Source: Gemmatales bacterium
GTDB taxonomy: Bacteria; Planctomycetota; Planctomycetia; Gemmatales; HRBIN36
Direction of reading: 5' to 3'
DNA: 64,000 bases
NCBI GenBank assembly: GCA_041640595.1
Contig: JBEPZY010000001.1
Coordinates: forward strand, 608,001-672,000
Made by a program: the position numbers and the translations under genes. Positions 30,573-40,524 of this stretch are shown here, piece after piece. Below the pieces are notes generated by a model, which searched no databases, had not been told where the DNA came from, and saw only the letters and a list, made by a program, of their open reading frames with translations. Positions within the stretch are counted from its first letter, which is position 1. Each line of letters starts with the position of its first letter.

Positions 30573-30909
30573 CTTTTCGTCTCGCCGGAACGGGGAAAGT
30601 ATAATCGGCCGTCTGCATTAGAGTATGCTCTAGGGGCGTTGATTTGTCTCGACTGCCACGTGTCGGAACCACGACACGGTTCGTAATGCTGGGGGTTGTC
30701 GGCGGATTCGGAACCAGTTTTGTTGGCAGATGAGGGGCTTCCTTGTAACTGGAGCGGTTCGAGATGCAAACAAGGGCACCTAAAAGTCGCGGAGGTCTTG
30801 CCCGCTTCGTCGCGGCCGGCGCGGTTGGCTCAGAACACCCCTGGACAGCCGGCGCCAGCGTGCGTAATGTTGTAATGCACAGCCCTAAGCGACCGAGTTG
30901 GGCTGACTC

Positions 30910-30980
30910 TGGGGAGTGGTGTAACGGTAGCACAGCAGACTCTGGATCTGCTTGTCTAGGTTCGAATCCTAGCTCCCCAG
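30910..30980 (+). tRNA. tRNA-Gln(CTG)
   Basis: Cloverleaf with anticodon arm GCAGA-CTCTGGA-TCTGC and T-loop TTCGAAT. No encoded CCA. Confidence 0.95.
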
Positions 30981-31037
30981 CTTGCGACGAGGCGTATGAG
31001 GCGAAAGTTGTGCTGTAGTTCCACGCACCGGCTGTTT

Positions 31038-32096
31038 TTACGCGGCGATCTGCGGGTCGGAAGGTTTCATAATTTCACGCAGCAACACCGTTGCGTAACT
31101 GCCGGCGGGTAGCGAAAACGTAAGCACTACGTCCCGACCTTCAAAACTTGCCTCCAGATCGTCCACATAAACAAGTGCATTGCGTCGGGTCCCCTGCAGT
31201 AGTTTGCCGAACTGGCAGAACATATCCCGATGCAGATTGGCCTGCTGCAGAATCTCTGTTTCCAAGGCTGCGGCCTGTTGCTGGGCAGCAAACATTCGGC
31301 GACCGTAGATCGGGCCGGTAGGAACGACCTCCCGCCGGACGAAACGCTCTTGTTCGCTTTCCGTGCCCTCGGCGAGAAAAATTCCGCCGGTCTGAAGGTT
31401 ATGCAGCACGTCGCCCGGAATTATCTGATGCAACCAACCACGGCGGAACCTTTCAGCCAGGTAGCGATTGAAAAGTAGAGACTGCACTGCCGAAAGTGCG
31501 AGTTTACGAAGGAATCGGCGCTGTTCCAGTCGCGGATCGGCTTTGCCGTGGAGCAGGTCATAACCGATGCGGAGCGTGTCACCGTGTTTGCCGAAACGTT
31601 GTTCACCGTAATAGTTCGGCAGACCTGCTTGTTTCAAACGCGCCAGCAACCGGGGTAGGCGGGCTGGTGCTTCGGGGTGAACTTGGCGGATGCGAATGCG
31701 GAAACGGTTGCCGCGCAAATGGCCGGCTCGCAACTTGTTCGTGTGCCGGCTAACGCGCAAGATGGTCAAACCGGCAATCCGCACCTGGTTAAGGCGATCC
31801 GCGACTGTAGCCGGAACAGAAATCCATTGCCGCGTTACCGCGTGCCGATCCTTGAGGCCCGCCATGCCGATCAAGCGTTGGTCTATGCCCAGAGCCTGCG
31901 CCAGCCGATTCACCAACCAGTCTGCCGACAATCCGCGTTTCTCAATCCAAAGGTAAATGTGCTCCCCTGTGCCGGCTGGCTCGTAAGCAGGTATTTCCTC
32001 TACTTCAAAATCTTCCGGCACGGTACGAATTTGCCCACCAATGCCCGGCAGATCCGCAGTAACCATCGGCAAGTCAATGTCATTCAGGTTGTCCAT
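31038..32096 (-). CDS. truD: tRNA pseudouridine(13) synthase
   Basis: PEDF.VEE, AGLKDRHAVTRQW, GNRF.I, PNYYGEQRFG and F.LPAGSYAT.LLRE. Confidence 0.95.
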   Translation of the reverse strand: MDNLNDIDLPMVTADLPGIGGQIRTVPEDFEVEEIPAYEPAGTGEHIYLWIEKRGLSADWLVNRLAQALGIDQRLIGMAGLKDRHAVTRQWISVPATVADRLNQVRIAGLTILRVSRHTNKLRAGHLRGNRFRIRIRQVHPEAPARLPRLLARLKQAGLPNYYGEQRFGKHGDTLRIGYDLLHGKADPRLEQRRFLRKLALSAVQSLLFNRYLAERFRRGWLHQIIPGDVLHNLQTGGIFLAEGTESEQERFVRREVVPTGPIYGRRMFAAQQQAAALETEILQQANLHRDMFCQFGKLLQGTRRNALVYVDDLEASFEGRDVVLTFSLPAGSYATVLLREIMKPSDPQIAA

Positions 32097-32184
32097 GAGC
32101 GCGTCCACTTTGCGGCCAATCAACCCTTTTCTATGCTACACGCATATAGGGAAATTGCCCGGTCTGGTCATCTATAACGAATCT

Positions 32185-32649
32185 ATGACTATCCTGAACC
32201 GTATTCGGGAACGGCTGCAACAGGCAGGTGTCGAATCGTACACTTTGCTTTTTCACCGTCCTGTTTTCACCAGCGAAGAAGCGGCTGCGGTCAGGGGAAC
32301 GCCTTTGGCCAGTGGAGCGAAAGCCCTGGTGCTCAAAGCCGACGATCGCTTTATCCTCGCGGTGTTGCCCGCGGATCGAAAGCTGGACAACCGTCGCCTG
32401 CGTGAACAACTCGGCGTGAGGTCGCTTCGCTTTGCCAGCCGGGAGGAGTTGTTGCAATTGACCGGCGTCCCTCCGGGTGCGGTTCCGCCGTTTGGCAGTT
32501 TGTTCGGATTACCCACCTACTGCGACCCAGCCTTGCTTCAGCAAACGGAGATCAACTTTAACATTGGCGACAATGCGGTATCCATGCACCTGGCTACCCA
32601 GGACTACCTGAGGGTCGAAAATCCCATTCAACTGCCGCTGGCCTGTTGA
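32185..32649 (+). CDS. YbaK/ProX-family aminoacyl-tRNA deacylase
   Basis: H.PVFT.EEAA, AKALV (Lys), LRFAS.EE and G.PPGAVPPFG. Confidence 0.85.
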   Translation: MTILNRIRERLQQAGVESYTLLFHRPVFTSEEAAAVRGTPLASGAKALVLKADDRFILAVLPADRKLDNRRLREQLGVRSLRFASREELLQLTGVPPGAVPPFGSLFGLPTYCDPALLQQTEINFNIGDNAVSMHLATQDYLRVENPIQLPLAC

Positions 32650-33206
32650 CCGGCTCCGGGCTGCCAGAGAATATCCGCGCGGCCTGCGTCGTTATAGACA
32701 CGGGCCAGCACAAAAAGCAGGTCGGACAGGCGGTTCAAATACCGCAGCACTTCCGGATTGATCGGTTCGTGTTGACTGAGGCAGACGACCTGGCGTTCGG
32801 CACGGCGACAGACAGTACGGGCAAGATGGCACCAGGCCGCCGCTAACGTGCCCCCGGGGATCACGAAACTGCTTAGCGGTTTAAGCTGTGCGTTGAGCCG
32901 GTCAATCTGTTCCTCCAGCCATTGCACCTGTTGGGCCTGGATACGTAAACGTTGCCGGCTTTGCTCGTCGTAGGGGCAACACAAGTCGGCTCCGACATCG
33001 AAGAGGTCATTCTGAATGCGGCGAATCATTGCCGACTCCGCCTGATTCGGAACCGACGCCAGCACCAGCCCGAGGACACTATTGAGTTCGTCCACCTCGC
33101 CGTAAGCTGCGACGCGCGGGTGATTTTTCGGCACACGTTGACCGTTGCCGAGACTGGTTTCCCCCGTGTCACCGGTACGCGTGTAAATGCGGGACAAATA
33201 GACCAT
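32628..33206 (-). CDS. PduO-type ATP:cob(I)alamin adenosyltransferase
   Basis: IYTRTGDTGET, YGEVDELNS, QNDLFD.GADL, RTVCRRAER and YLNRLSDLLF. Confidence 0.93.
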   Translation of the reverse strand: MVYLSRIYTRTGDTGETSLGNGQRVPKNHPRVAAYGEVDELNSVLGLVLASVPNQAESAMIRRIQNDLFDVGADLCCPYDEQSRQRLRIQAQQVQWLEEQIDRLNAQLKPLSSFVIPGGTLAAAWCHLARTVCRRAERQVVCLSQHEPINPEVLRYLNRLSDLLFVLARVYNDAGRADILWQPGAGQQASGS

Positions 33207-33230
33207 GGTTCCACCTTGTTGCAACTACAA

Positions 33231-33851
33231 TCAGTAGCCACGCCGGCGAAAGAGCCCTGACCAGCCGAGTGGCCGAAAAACTTGCCCATTCAAATCCACA
33301 GCTTCGAACTGGTAACGGCGAAGTTGCCAGATTTCGAAATCCTGTTCCAGCTCCTCGGCAATCTGGCGAACCGAGACCCGTGGAGGACCTTTTTCTTTTG
33401 GAGTGGGATCATCCGCATTACCCATCAAGGCCAGATACCAGGAACCTGGAGCGGTCAATCGCCTCAACCCTGCCAGGAATTTCGCCACTCCCAGTTCTCG
33501 CACGCTGTGGTAAACCCCGCGATCGAAAACGAGAGAAAATGGTTCACCAAAATCGGGTGGCTCAAAGACATCACCGACAACAAACGTTACCGAGACGCCA
33601 GCAGCATCGGCCTTTTTCCTAGCTTTTTCGATGGCCAGCGGCGAAATGTCGAAGGCAGTTACTTCAAACCCGCGTTGGGCGAGGTAAATGGCATTCGTTC
33701 CCGTACCGCAACCGATCTCCACACAGCGACATGGGCCAAACCAGCCTTCCTGCAGAATACGGACTAACTCGCTATCCGGTTGGCCAGTATCCCAGGGTGT
33801 GTCGCCTGTTTCGTAGCGTTTTTGCCAGTCTTCTGCGGTACGTGGATTCAT
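33231..33851 (-). CDS. TPMT/TehB-like class I SAM methyltransferase
   Basis: W..RY....PWD, EIGCGTG, DISP.AI, VFDRG..H and GPP. Probable start at 33851. Confidence 0.85.
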   Translation of the reverse strand: MNPRTAEDWQKRYETGDTPWDTGQPDSELVRILQEGWFGPCRCVEIGCGTGTNAIYLAQRGFEVTAFDISPLAIEKARKKADAAGVSVTFVVGDVFEPPDFGEPFSLVFDRGVYHSVRELGVAKFLAGLRRLTAPGSWYLALMGNADDPTPKEKGPPRVSVRQIAEELEQDFEIWQLRRYQFEAVDLNGQVFRPLGWSGLFRRRGY

Positions 33852-33906
33852 AGCCGTTTCCCGCAGCGGTTGTAAGGAAAACACATCGCCAGGTTTGAGG
33901 GGCAGT

Positions 33907-34599
33907 TTATCCCAGTGCGTTTTCTGCTTCGGCGATAATAGCGGCGGCCTCATCGGCATTTTCTGCGCCGCGAAGTTTGTCAAGGAACCCAGGTTGCAGG
34001 AACAATCGCGATAGCCGGGCCAGCACCCGCAAATGCGTTGCGTCATCGCAACAGCAAACCAGGAAAAAGAGATCGCACAGGCCTCCTCGGTCTCCGCCAA
34101 ACGGGATCGGGGAGAGAGTGCGACCAAACGCAACGACCGACTCGCTCAAAGCCTGGGGCAAAGGTCGGCGAGGGTGCGGAATAGCTACACCGCCTGGCAT
34201 GGCTGTGGATTGCATTTCTTCACGAGCCTGAACGGCTTTGAGTACAGCTTCTGGGTCGTACACCCGCCAGGATTGCTCCGCCAGCTGAACCAGCTCCGTG
34301 AGAACTGATCGCTTCGTTCGGGCCTGTAACGGGATCGCAATGCAGGTCTCCGGCAGCAGACCGCCTATCAACCGCTCGCTTGACGTCTTCTTCCCGCCTT
34401 CCAGATGCGCCAGCCGTTGCTCATCCCAGGTAGGCAATTGGGTTTCCACCCAGTGCAGAATTTCCGCGCGCGCAAAACACCAGTGTCCAGCGACCTTCCG
34501 GCCTGGAAGATAACCGCGGTCGGCCAGTCGCTGGATTTCCCGCGCATCCCAGCGCAAATACTGCGCCACTTCCTCTACCGTCATGACTTCAGGATTCAT
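33907..34599 (-). CDS. Excisionase-type HTH fused to a PTS IIA (PtsN-like) domain
   Basis: MT.EEVA.YL...LPG.KV.G.W.F N-terminus; RE...STA...GVAIPH (phospho-His); HL..LARLS. Confidence 0.88.
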   Translation of the reverse strand: MNPEVMTVEEVAQYLRWDAREIQRLADRGYLPGRKVAGHWCFARAEILHWVETQLPTWDEQRLAHLEGGKKTSSERLIGGLLPETCIAIPLQARTKRSVLTELVQLAEQSWRVYDPEAVLKAVQAREEMQSTAMPGGVAIPHPRRPLPQALSESVVAFGRTLSPIPFGGDRGGLCDLFFLVCCCDDATHLRVLARLSRLFLQPGFLDKLRGAENADEAAAIIAEAENALG

Positions 34600-34671
34600 T
34601 GTCCGCTTTCACCTCCTACGGCATAAGAATTTTACGCTCGGTTGCGGGAAAAAATTTTGGGAACGGCCATT

Positions 34672-35913
34672 TTACTGTTGCCGCGACAATCCTGGAAGTT
34701 CAAACCCCGCTCCCGATTTAGCCAGTTGCAGTTGCACCTGAGTTTGCGTTTGCAGTCCCCATAACCGGATAAACCCTTTGGCTGCTTCGTGATCGAACAG
34801 GTCCTTGCCCTCGTAGGTAGCCAGTTGACGTTGGTAGAGGCTGAACTCGCTCTTACGGCCCACCACGGTGGCACTGCCTTTGTAAAGTTTCATGCGGACG
34901 GTACCGGTAACAAATCGCTGATTGCTCGCCACAAATGCCGCCAGGTCCTGATGAAACGCGCTGAACCACAGACCATTGTAAATCAGGTCGGCGTATTCCT
35001 GGCTGACGTAGGTTTTGAAGCGTTGAGCCTGCTTGGTCAGTGTCAAAGCTTCCAGGTCGCGGTGGGCCTCGTGGAGAATGACCGCTGCTGGGGCTTCGTA
35101 AACTTCGCGGGACTTGATTCCCACCAGGCGGTTTTCGATATGGTCAATTCGTCCGACACCGTGTTGCCCGCCGAGGCGGTTGAGGGTTTCAATCAACTGC
35201 ACTCCGTCCATGGCTTGTCCGTTGAGTGCCACCGGTCGGCCCTGCTCGAAGTCAATGGTGATGTACACTGGTTCGTTCGGAGCCTTTTGCGGACTGACGG
35301 TCCAGGCAAAGGCTTCTTCCGGTGGTTCCGTCCAGGGGTCTTCGAGTGGCCCGGCTTCGATACTGCGGCCGAACAGGTTCTGGTCAATCGAGAACAGCTT
35401 TTCGCGTTTGACCTCGACGGGGATACCGTGTTTTTCAGCGTATTCGATGGCCTGGTCGCGGGTCATCTTCCAATCCCGCACCGGGGCAATGATTTGCAAA
35501 TCAGGAGCCAGCGTTTGAAAAGTAACGTCGAAGCGAACCTGATCGTTTCCTTTTCCCGTACAACCGTGGGCAACGGCTTTGGCACCGCGCTCGCGGGCCA
35601 GGTCAACCATGAGTTTGGCAATTAATGGACGCCCCAGGGCAGTGGCTAGCGGATAGCGATTTTCGTAAACCGCGCCCGCCATCAACGCTGGCCAGATGAA
35701 GCAATCTACGAAAAGGTTCTTAGCGTCCACCACCACCGCATCCTTGGCGCCGGTTTTCAGGGCTTTCTGTCGAATGGCTTCCAGGTCGTCTCCCTGACCG
35801 AGGTCCGCAGTGAAAGTAATGACGTCGTAGTTGTATTTTTCCTGTAGCCAACGCACCATCACCGACGTGTCGAGTCCGCCACTGTATGCGAGAATGACAA
35901 TGTCGCGTGCCAT
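34672..35913 (-). CDS. argG: Argininosuccinate synthase
   Basis: LAYSGGLDTS, HGCTGKGNDQVRF, SIDQNL.GRS.E and ENRLVGIKSREVYE. Confidence 0.97.
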   Translation of the reverse strand: MARDIVILAYSGGLDTSVMVRWLQEKYNYDVITFTADLGQGDDLEAIRQKALKTGAKDAVVVDAKNLFVDCFIWPALMAGAVYENRYPLATALGRPLIAKLMVDLARERGAKAVAHGCTGKGNDQVRFDVTFQTLAPDLQIIAPVRDWKMTRDQAIEYAEKHGIPVEVKREKLFSIDQNLFGRSIEAGPLEDPWTEPPEEAFAWTVSPQKAPNEPVYITIDFEQGRPVALNGQAMDGVQLIETLNRLGGQHGVGRIDHIENRLVGIKSREVYEAPAAVILHEAHRDLEALTLTKQAQRFKTYVSQEYADLIYNGLWFSAFHQDLAAFVASNQRFVTGTVRMKLYKGSATVVGRKSEFSLYQRQLATYEGKDLFDHEAAKGFIRLWGLQTQTQVQLQLAKSGAGFELPGLSRQQ

Positions 35914-36381
35914 TGCTTGTCTCCGGTTGTATGGTGTTATCTTTCGCCTTACCGCCACGCACTTGCAGGAATGCCCCCGCCCAGGGATTCATCCAGGCCT
36001 TGCGAAAGCTGGCAAGGACTGCAAACCTGTCTGTGCACCGGTGCATGGGACTTTCGCACAACCGGTCAGGCAGGCCGTTCATAGTGCGTGTGCCAATGCT
36101 ATTGTTTATAGCGAATCCGACTTGCGGCCGGCTAATTTTAACTCCTGCTGAGAATTTCCTCCGCAGCACCTCGCAGAGCGAGTGTTTCCGGGACACCGCA
36201 GAAGGCGTTTTCTCGCACCCGGCTAATTGTAACAGCTGCGGGGTCAATGTGATCGCTAAGGTTCAGCCCGTCGGATGGTAGCTCATTTTTCGTCCAACCC
36301 AGCAAACCAGCATAGTCCAGGGTGCATACGATATCGCATAGCTTTACAATGCAACGGAGCACACACCTGGCGAATCCACTT

Positions 36382-37050
36382 ATGGACAGACTGATTTTGC
36401 CGGAAAAAATCTGGCGGCAGCTAACCGAACACGCTGTACGCGACTTGCCCAACGAGTGTCTCGGCATGTTGGCAGGGTTGCCGGACGGACGCGTGTGTGC
36501 CGTTTACGAAATTGTCAACGCTTCGACAAACCCGCACCGGTTCCTCAGCGATCCGGCCAGCTTGTGTGCTGCCGAGAAGCGTCGCCGCTCCGCAGGCTGG
36601 CATTTGCTTGGCTTCTACCATTCCCATCCCAACGGACGGCCGATTCCCAGTAGCATTGACACCGATCCCGAAGTGAATTTTTGGCTCGACGGTACCACTG
36701 TCAGCCTCATTCTCGCTGTGCAAACGCTCGACGAGTCCCCAACGGTTGCCGAAGCATTGGCGCCGGAGAAGGTGGGGCTTCATGGCCGACAGGGGCAAAC
36801 GCCCCGTCAGTCGTCCACGCCTAGCGATATTCCTGTCGTTGGTTCCCAAGCCGCAGGCGAAGTTATTGCCGCAGGGGATTCGTTCGGAACTGGGAATGCT
36901 CTGTCCGTACCTGCAAGTGCGGGCAATGCCTTTGCTGCAGGTGATTGCCTGACAACCATCCTGCACGGGTACCGCATCGAAGCCCGCGCCTACCGACTTT
37001 TCCCGCATCGCTGGCAACCCATACCGCTATCGTTGGAACTCGATTCATAG
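36382..37050 (+). CDS. JAB/MPN+ (Mov34) metalloprotease-domain protein with an internal insertion
   Basis: PNECLG.L.G and FYHSHP....PS..D (JAMM motif). Confidence 0.8.
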   Translation: MDRLILPEKIWRQLTEHAVRDLPNECLGMLAGLPDGRVCAVYEIVNASTNPHRFLSDPASLCAAEKRRRSAGWHLLGFYHSHPNGRPIPSSIDTDPEVNFWLDGTTVSLILAVQTLDESPTVAEALAPEKVGLHGRQGQTPRQSSTPSDIPVVGSQAAGEVIAAGDSFGTGNALSVPASAGNAFAAGDCLTTILHGYRIEARAYRLFPHRWQPIPLSLELDS

Positions 37051-37353
37051 CACTTCTCGTTGAACCATTTGCTGTCTGCTCTCATAGTTCGACTCAAGCA
37101 CCGCCAAAGCTTGGCCAGCCTGTAGGAAGGGATCGGGTAAAAGGTTATTCGAGCACGCAGAGATTGGCGTGATCCGAAGCTTGTGGCCCTCAAGAAAGCT
37201 AGCTCAGTAGTGAGTTGGGCTGGCATAGTGAACATATGCGGAGGCATATTTTGCATCAGAGGGAGCCAGCACACTTATGGCTCAGGAAACAGGTGGCGAG
37301 GTAGCTGGCCGATTGACTTAAGGCGGCGTTGTCGCTTATATAATGAAGTGTAA

Positions 37354-37438
37354 GCGGAAGTGGCGGAATTGGCAGACGCGCCAGGTTCAGGACCTGGTGG
37401 GCGATTAGCCCATGTGGGTTCGAGTCCCACCTTCCGCA
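37354..37438 (+). tRNA. tRNA-Leu(CAG)
   Basis: GCGGAAGTGGCGGAATTGGCAGACGCG..., anticodon arm CCAGG-TTCAGGA-CCTGG and a long variable arm. TATAAT lies just upstream (37339-37344). Confidence 0.95.
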
Positions 37439-37853
37439 TTTGGCGGTCGAGCAATTGTGAATAGCCGCTGCCCGATTCGATGTTAATGCCTGTTGGAGAC
37501 ACGTGCCGAAAGGTCGGTCATCTGCGAATAAGTGTTGCCGTCTTCGGTTGGGTAATGACTGTTGGAAGCCTCGCCTAAAGTTCGGGTGTCCGCGAAACCG
37601 TAACTTTGGTTGACTTTGAAATTACGCCAGGTGCTTTGCCGTTCCGACCGGGGATCGGCTACGCTTGGCAGCACAGTTTGTTCGCGCCTGTAAGGGCGAA
37701 ATTACAGACGGTCATTCGGCGGTCTGGTGGAGAAGGTAAATGCACGATTTGGAGCCGTCAAACCTGTATGCCGCATGCGAAGCAACGATTCCTGTCCGCA
37801 AAAAATCGGACGGTGCTCAAACAACACGAGCAACAATCGGTTTTCATCGGGCA

Positions 37854-39011
37854 TCATGCCATAACCGTTGCCGCGATGCGCCCATGATTCCGGATAGTCG
37901 AAGCATGCGGGGCGAGCAATTGAGCCAGCCATTGTTGGGGAGTGGGGCAGAACCGATCGAGGGCATTCCGATAGTCGGGATGCTTAGTTGGGGAACCATC
38001 GGCCAGGGCACGTTTCACCGCTGATCGCAACTGGGCGGGTTCCGGGGAAGTGAGGTACAATCCGGGCCAGTCACGGTAGGGTTCAAAGCCGGGGTCCTCA
38101 CCGAGCACCGCGGGCAGTCCGCAGGCGAGCGCTTCCTGTACCACCAGCGGAAATCCCTCACGAACCGCACTCGGCAGAACCAGCACATCTGCGGCATGGT
38201 AAAGCGAAATCAGTTCTGCCTGGGGTCGCGCGGGTAAATATCGAACGTGCGGGTGATTGTGAAGTTGGGGCCAATGTTCTCCGCCCGGGCCGCAGAAAAC
38301 AATTTCCCATTCCGGAGATGCGATTTCCAGCAAGTGGGCCACTCCCTTCTCCGGTATCAATCGTCCAACAAAAAGCAAGCGCGGCAGACCGTCGTTCCAG
38401 CCCAGTTGCAAACGTGCCTGCTGGCGCTCGATTGGGCTGGGTGGGCGGAACAAATCTCGCCGAACCGGATTCGGCAAAAACCGAACAGGCTTACCGGCCA
38501 AACGCACCAGCTCCGCCTGCACTCGGGCATTGTAGGCCACCAGATCGCTAGCCCACCGGCAACTGCATCGGCCCAAAGTGTGTAAACCAAGCTGAGCCAG
38601 GTATCGCTTGCTTGGCGAACGGAAATGCTGGAGTCCGCCATGATCGGTCAACAATCCCGGCTTACCGAAATGTTTGGCCCACAGCAGGGCGACCGGTGTG
38701 GCCAAAAATAAGCATCCGTGGGCGTGTACCAAATCGGCCCAGCGAACTGCGTCCCGCAAAACGCCCAACAAACCGGGGCTGAACAGCGGATAGGGAACAC
38801 GCCAGTGTTTTTCCAACCCGTGCCAGGCAGGAACACGCCGAATTCGTACCTGGGGCGGATAATCTGGATTTTCGCCCGCACCACCGCCATCACTGGCCAC
38901 GATGAGCACTTCGTGTCCCGAATCAGCCAGCGCCTGTGCTTCGAGATGTACGAGGTGTTCCACCCCTCCGACATGCGGAAGGATGTAATGGGCTACAATC
39001 AGGACACGCAT
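37854..39011 (-). CDS. GT4-family glycosyltransferase
   Basis: P.VGGVE, LLFVGRL..EKG and ADV.VLPS..REGFPLV..EALACGLP. Confidence 0.9.
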   Translation of the reverse strand: MRVLIVAHYILPHVGGVEHLVHLEAQALADSGHEVLIVASDGGGAGENPDYPPQVRIRRVPAWHGLEKHWRVPYPLFSPGLLGVLRDAVRWADLVHAHGCLFLATPVALLWAKHFGKPGLLTDHGGLQHFRSPSKRYLAQLGLHTLGRCSCRWASDLVAYNARVQAELVRLAGKPVRFLPNPVRRDLFRPPSPIERQQARLQLGWNDGLPRLLFVGRLIPEKGVAHLLEIASPEWEIVFCGPGGEHWPQLHNHPHVRYLPARPQAELISLYHAADVLVLPSAVREGFPLVVQEALACGLPAVLGEDPGFEPYRDWPGLYLTSPEPAQLRSAVKRALADGSPTKHPDYRNALDRFCPTPQQWLAQLLAPHASTIRNHGRIAATVMA

Positions 39012-39832
39012 GGCCTATCGCCGGGTGAATTGCGTCGCCAAACGGGCACAGTCTCAAGAATAGCACAGGTCGCTGACACAGGCCGACATAGCCAGGCGAG
39101 CAATCGGAGAGCACGTTGCCAAGGCCGATCACCGGTCCACTGTACCTCAGCCTCGCCAACGGGCATTGCGGCACCGGTTGCCCGACCGGCGTACCTATCA
39201 CTGCCCGCCGTGTGGTCAAGCGATTGCACTGAAGCGGGAGCCTGGACAGGGCTACCGGTCAATCCGTTACGGGCAGATGACATTTCGTCGTACATAGGAG
39301 TCCGGCTACGAAGTCGCGCGACGATGTAATGCCAGAGCGGCCCGCAATCCACAATTTCGCCGACCACCAGTCGCGTTTCGGGAAACAGGTTGGCAAGTTG
39401 TTCGACATCCGGTCGCAGTCCTGTGTCGATCGGGTCAGGGTGATACGGGAATGCCCGCGGACAGGAAACGAAGAGCAGACCGCCCAGGGGCAAAATGCTT
39501 ACCAGCCGTTCGGCTAGCAGCTTCGGTTGCGGCACGTGTTCGAGCAAATTGGAACAAAATACCGACTGAAAGCGATATAATCGCAAGCGCTCGATAAACT
39601 CCGCGTCCATCAGGTCGCCAACAATATCCACGCCCGCGCCAGCGCGAATATCGGTGTGCACCACCTTCACGCCGCGCTGCTGCAACGGCTCGAAAATGTA
39701 CCGTTCAATCCACGGTTGCACGAACCGTCGAAAATGCAGTGTCTGACTGCCCACGTTTAACATCGGCGATAACCGTTCTGCTGCCATTCGGGCCAACCGG
39801 GCGTAAAACCATCTGGCTTCTTCAACCAGCAT
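38999..39832 (-). CDS. Class I SAM methyltransferase-like protein
   Basis: LNVGS, D....GVD.VGD, SNLLEHV and P..FPYHPDP.D. Overlaps the GT start. Confidence 0.75.
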   Translation of the reverse strand: MLVEEARWFYARLARMAAERLSPMLNVGSQTLHFRRFVQPWIERYIFEPLQQRGVKVVHTDIRAGAGVDIVGDLMDAEFIERLRLYRFQSVFCSNLLEHVPQPKLLAERLVSILPLGGLLFVSCPRAFPYHPDPIDTGLRPDVEQLANLFPETRLVVGEIVDCGPLWHYIVARLRSRTPMYDEMSSARNGLTGSPVQAPASVQSLDHTAGSDRYAGRATGAAMPVGEAEVQWTGDRPWQRALRLLAWLCRPVSATCAILETVPVWRRNSPGDRPCVS

Positions 39833-39978
39833 CGTTCGTTCCTACCAATCGCTGGGCACTTTGCGGACCCTATGGCAGTCGTTAAGGCCATCAAAATCAG
39901 GTCGCTCTTTGCTCAACGAGGCAACCCAATAAAGGAAACAGATGTGCAGATATAACCTTTGATAACCTGCACCATAAG

Positions 39979-40049
39979 AGCGGGATAGGGGAGTCGAACC
40001 CCTCTCACCACCTTGGGAAGGTGGGGCACGGCCGCTATACCAATCCCGC
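39979..40049 (-). tRNA. tRNA-Gly(CCC)
   Basis: Reverse complement reads GCGGGAT...CCACC-TTCCCAA-GGTGG...AGGGG-TTCGACT-CCCCT-ATCCCGC-T. Confidence 0.9.
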
Positions 40050-40524
40050 ACCGTATCGCTATCGCCAGCCGTAAGCAATTCCGTCGCCTATCTTAGTATA
40101 TAAGTTCGGCTAGTTTACCGGCCAGAGTGAATTTCACTCGGTGTCGTCGCCGCTCTGAGGAGCACTAAGCGTTATTGGGCTGGTTTGGCAAGGCGATTGT
40201 CAATCGGAGTGCCAAATCAAGCAGACCAGGAAATTGCGCTGTCGGAAAAATTCTCCTGCATTGCGAGTAACCGATACGCCAGCAAGCAACACACCGCTCC
40301 AAGCCAGTCTTCTGCGCCTTACACCTTATGGCGATCGTTTATCAATGGCCGACCATAAGACGAAAGGGTGCCGAATTAGCGGCAGTCGTCAGCAATTCCT
40401 CGCTGGCACTGCAGACACTGACGCTTGTCGGCAAGCAAATGATGAAGCGCACTGGCTTGCCGATTTCGTGCTGCCCTGGCTGGCCTGATGACGTGGTCCG
40501 GGAGCTTGAGAAGACCTGCGAAAG

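Noticed and set aside
37354..40049. Possible genomic island bracketed by tRNA-Leu and tRNA-Gly
   Set aside because: I saw no integrase and no duplicated tRNA 3' end; only two envelope-type genes lie between the tRNAs.
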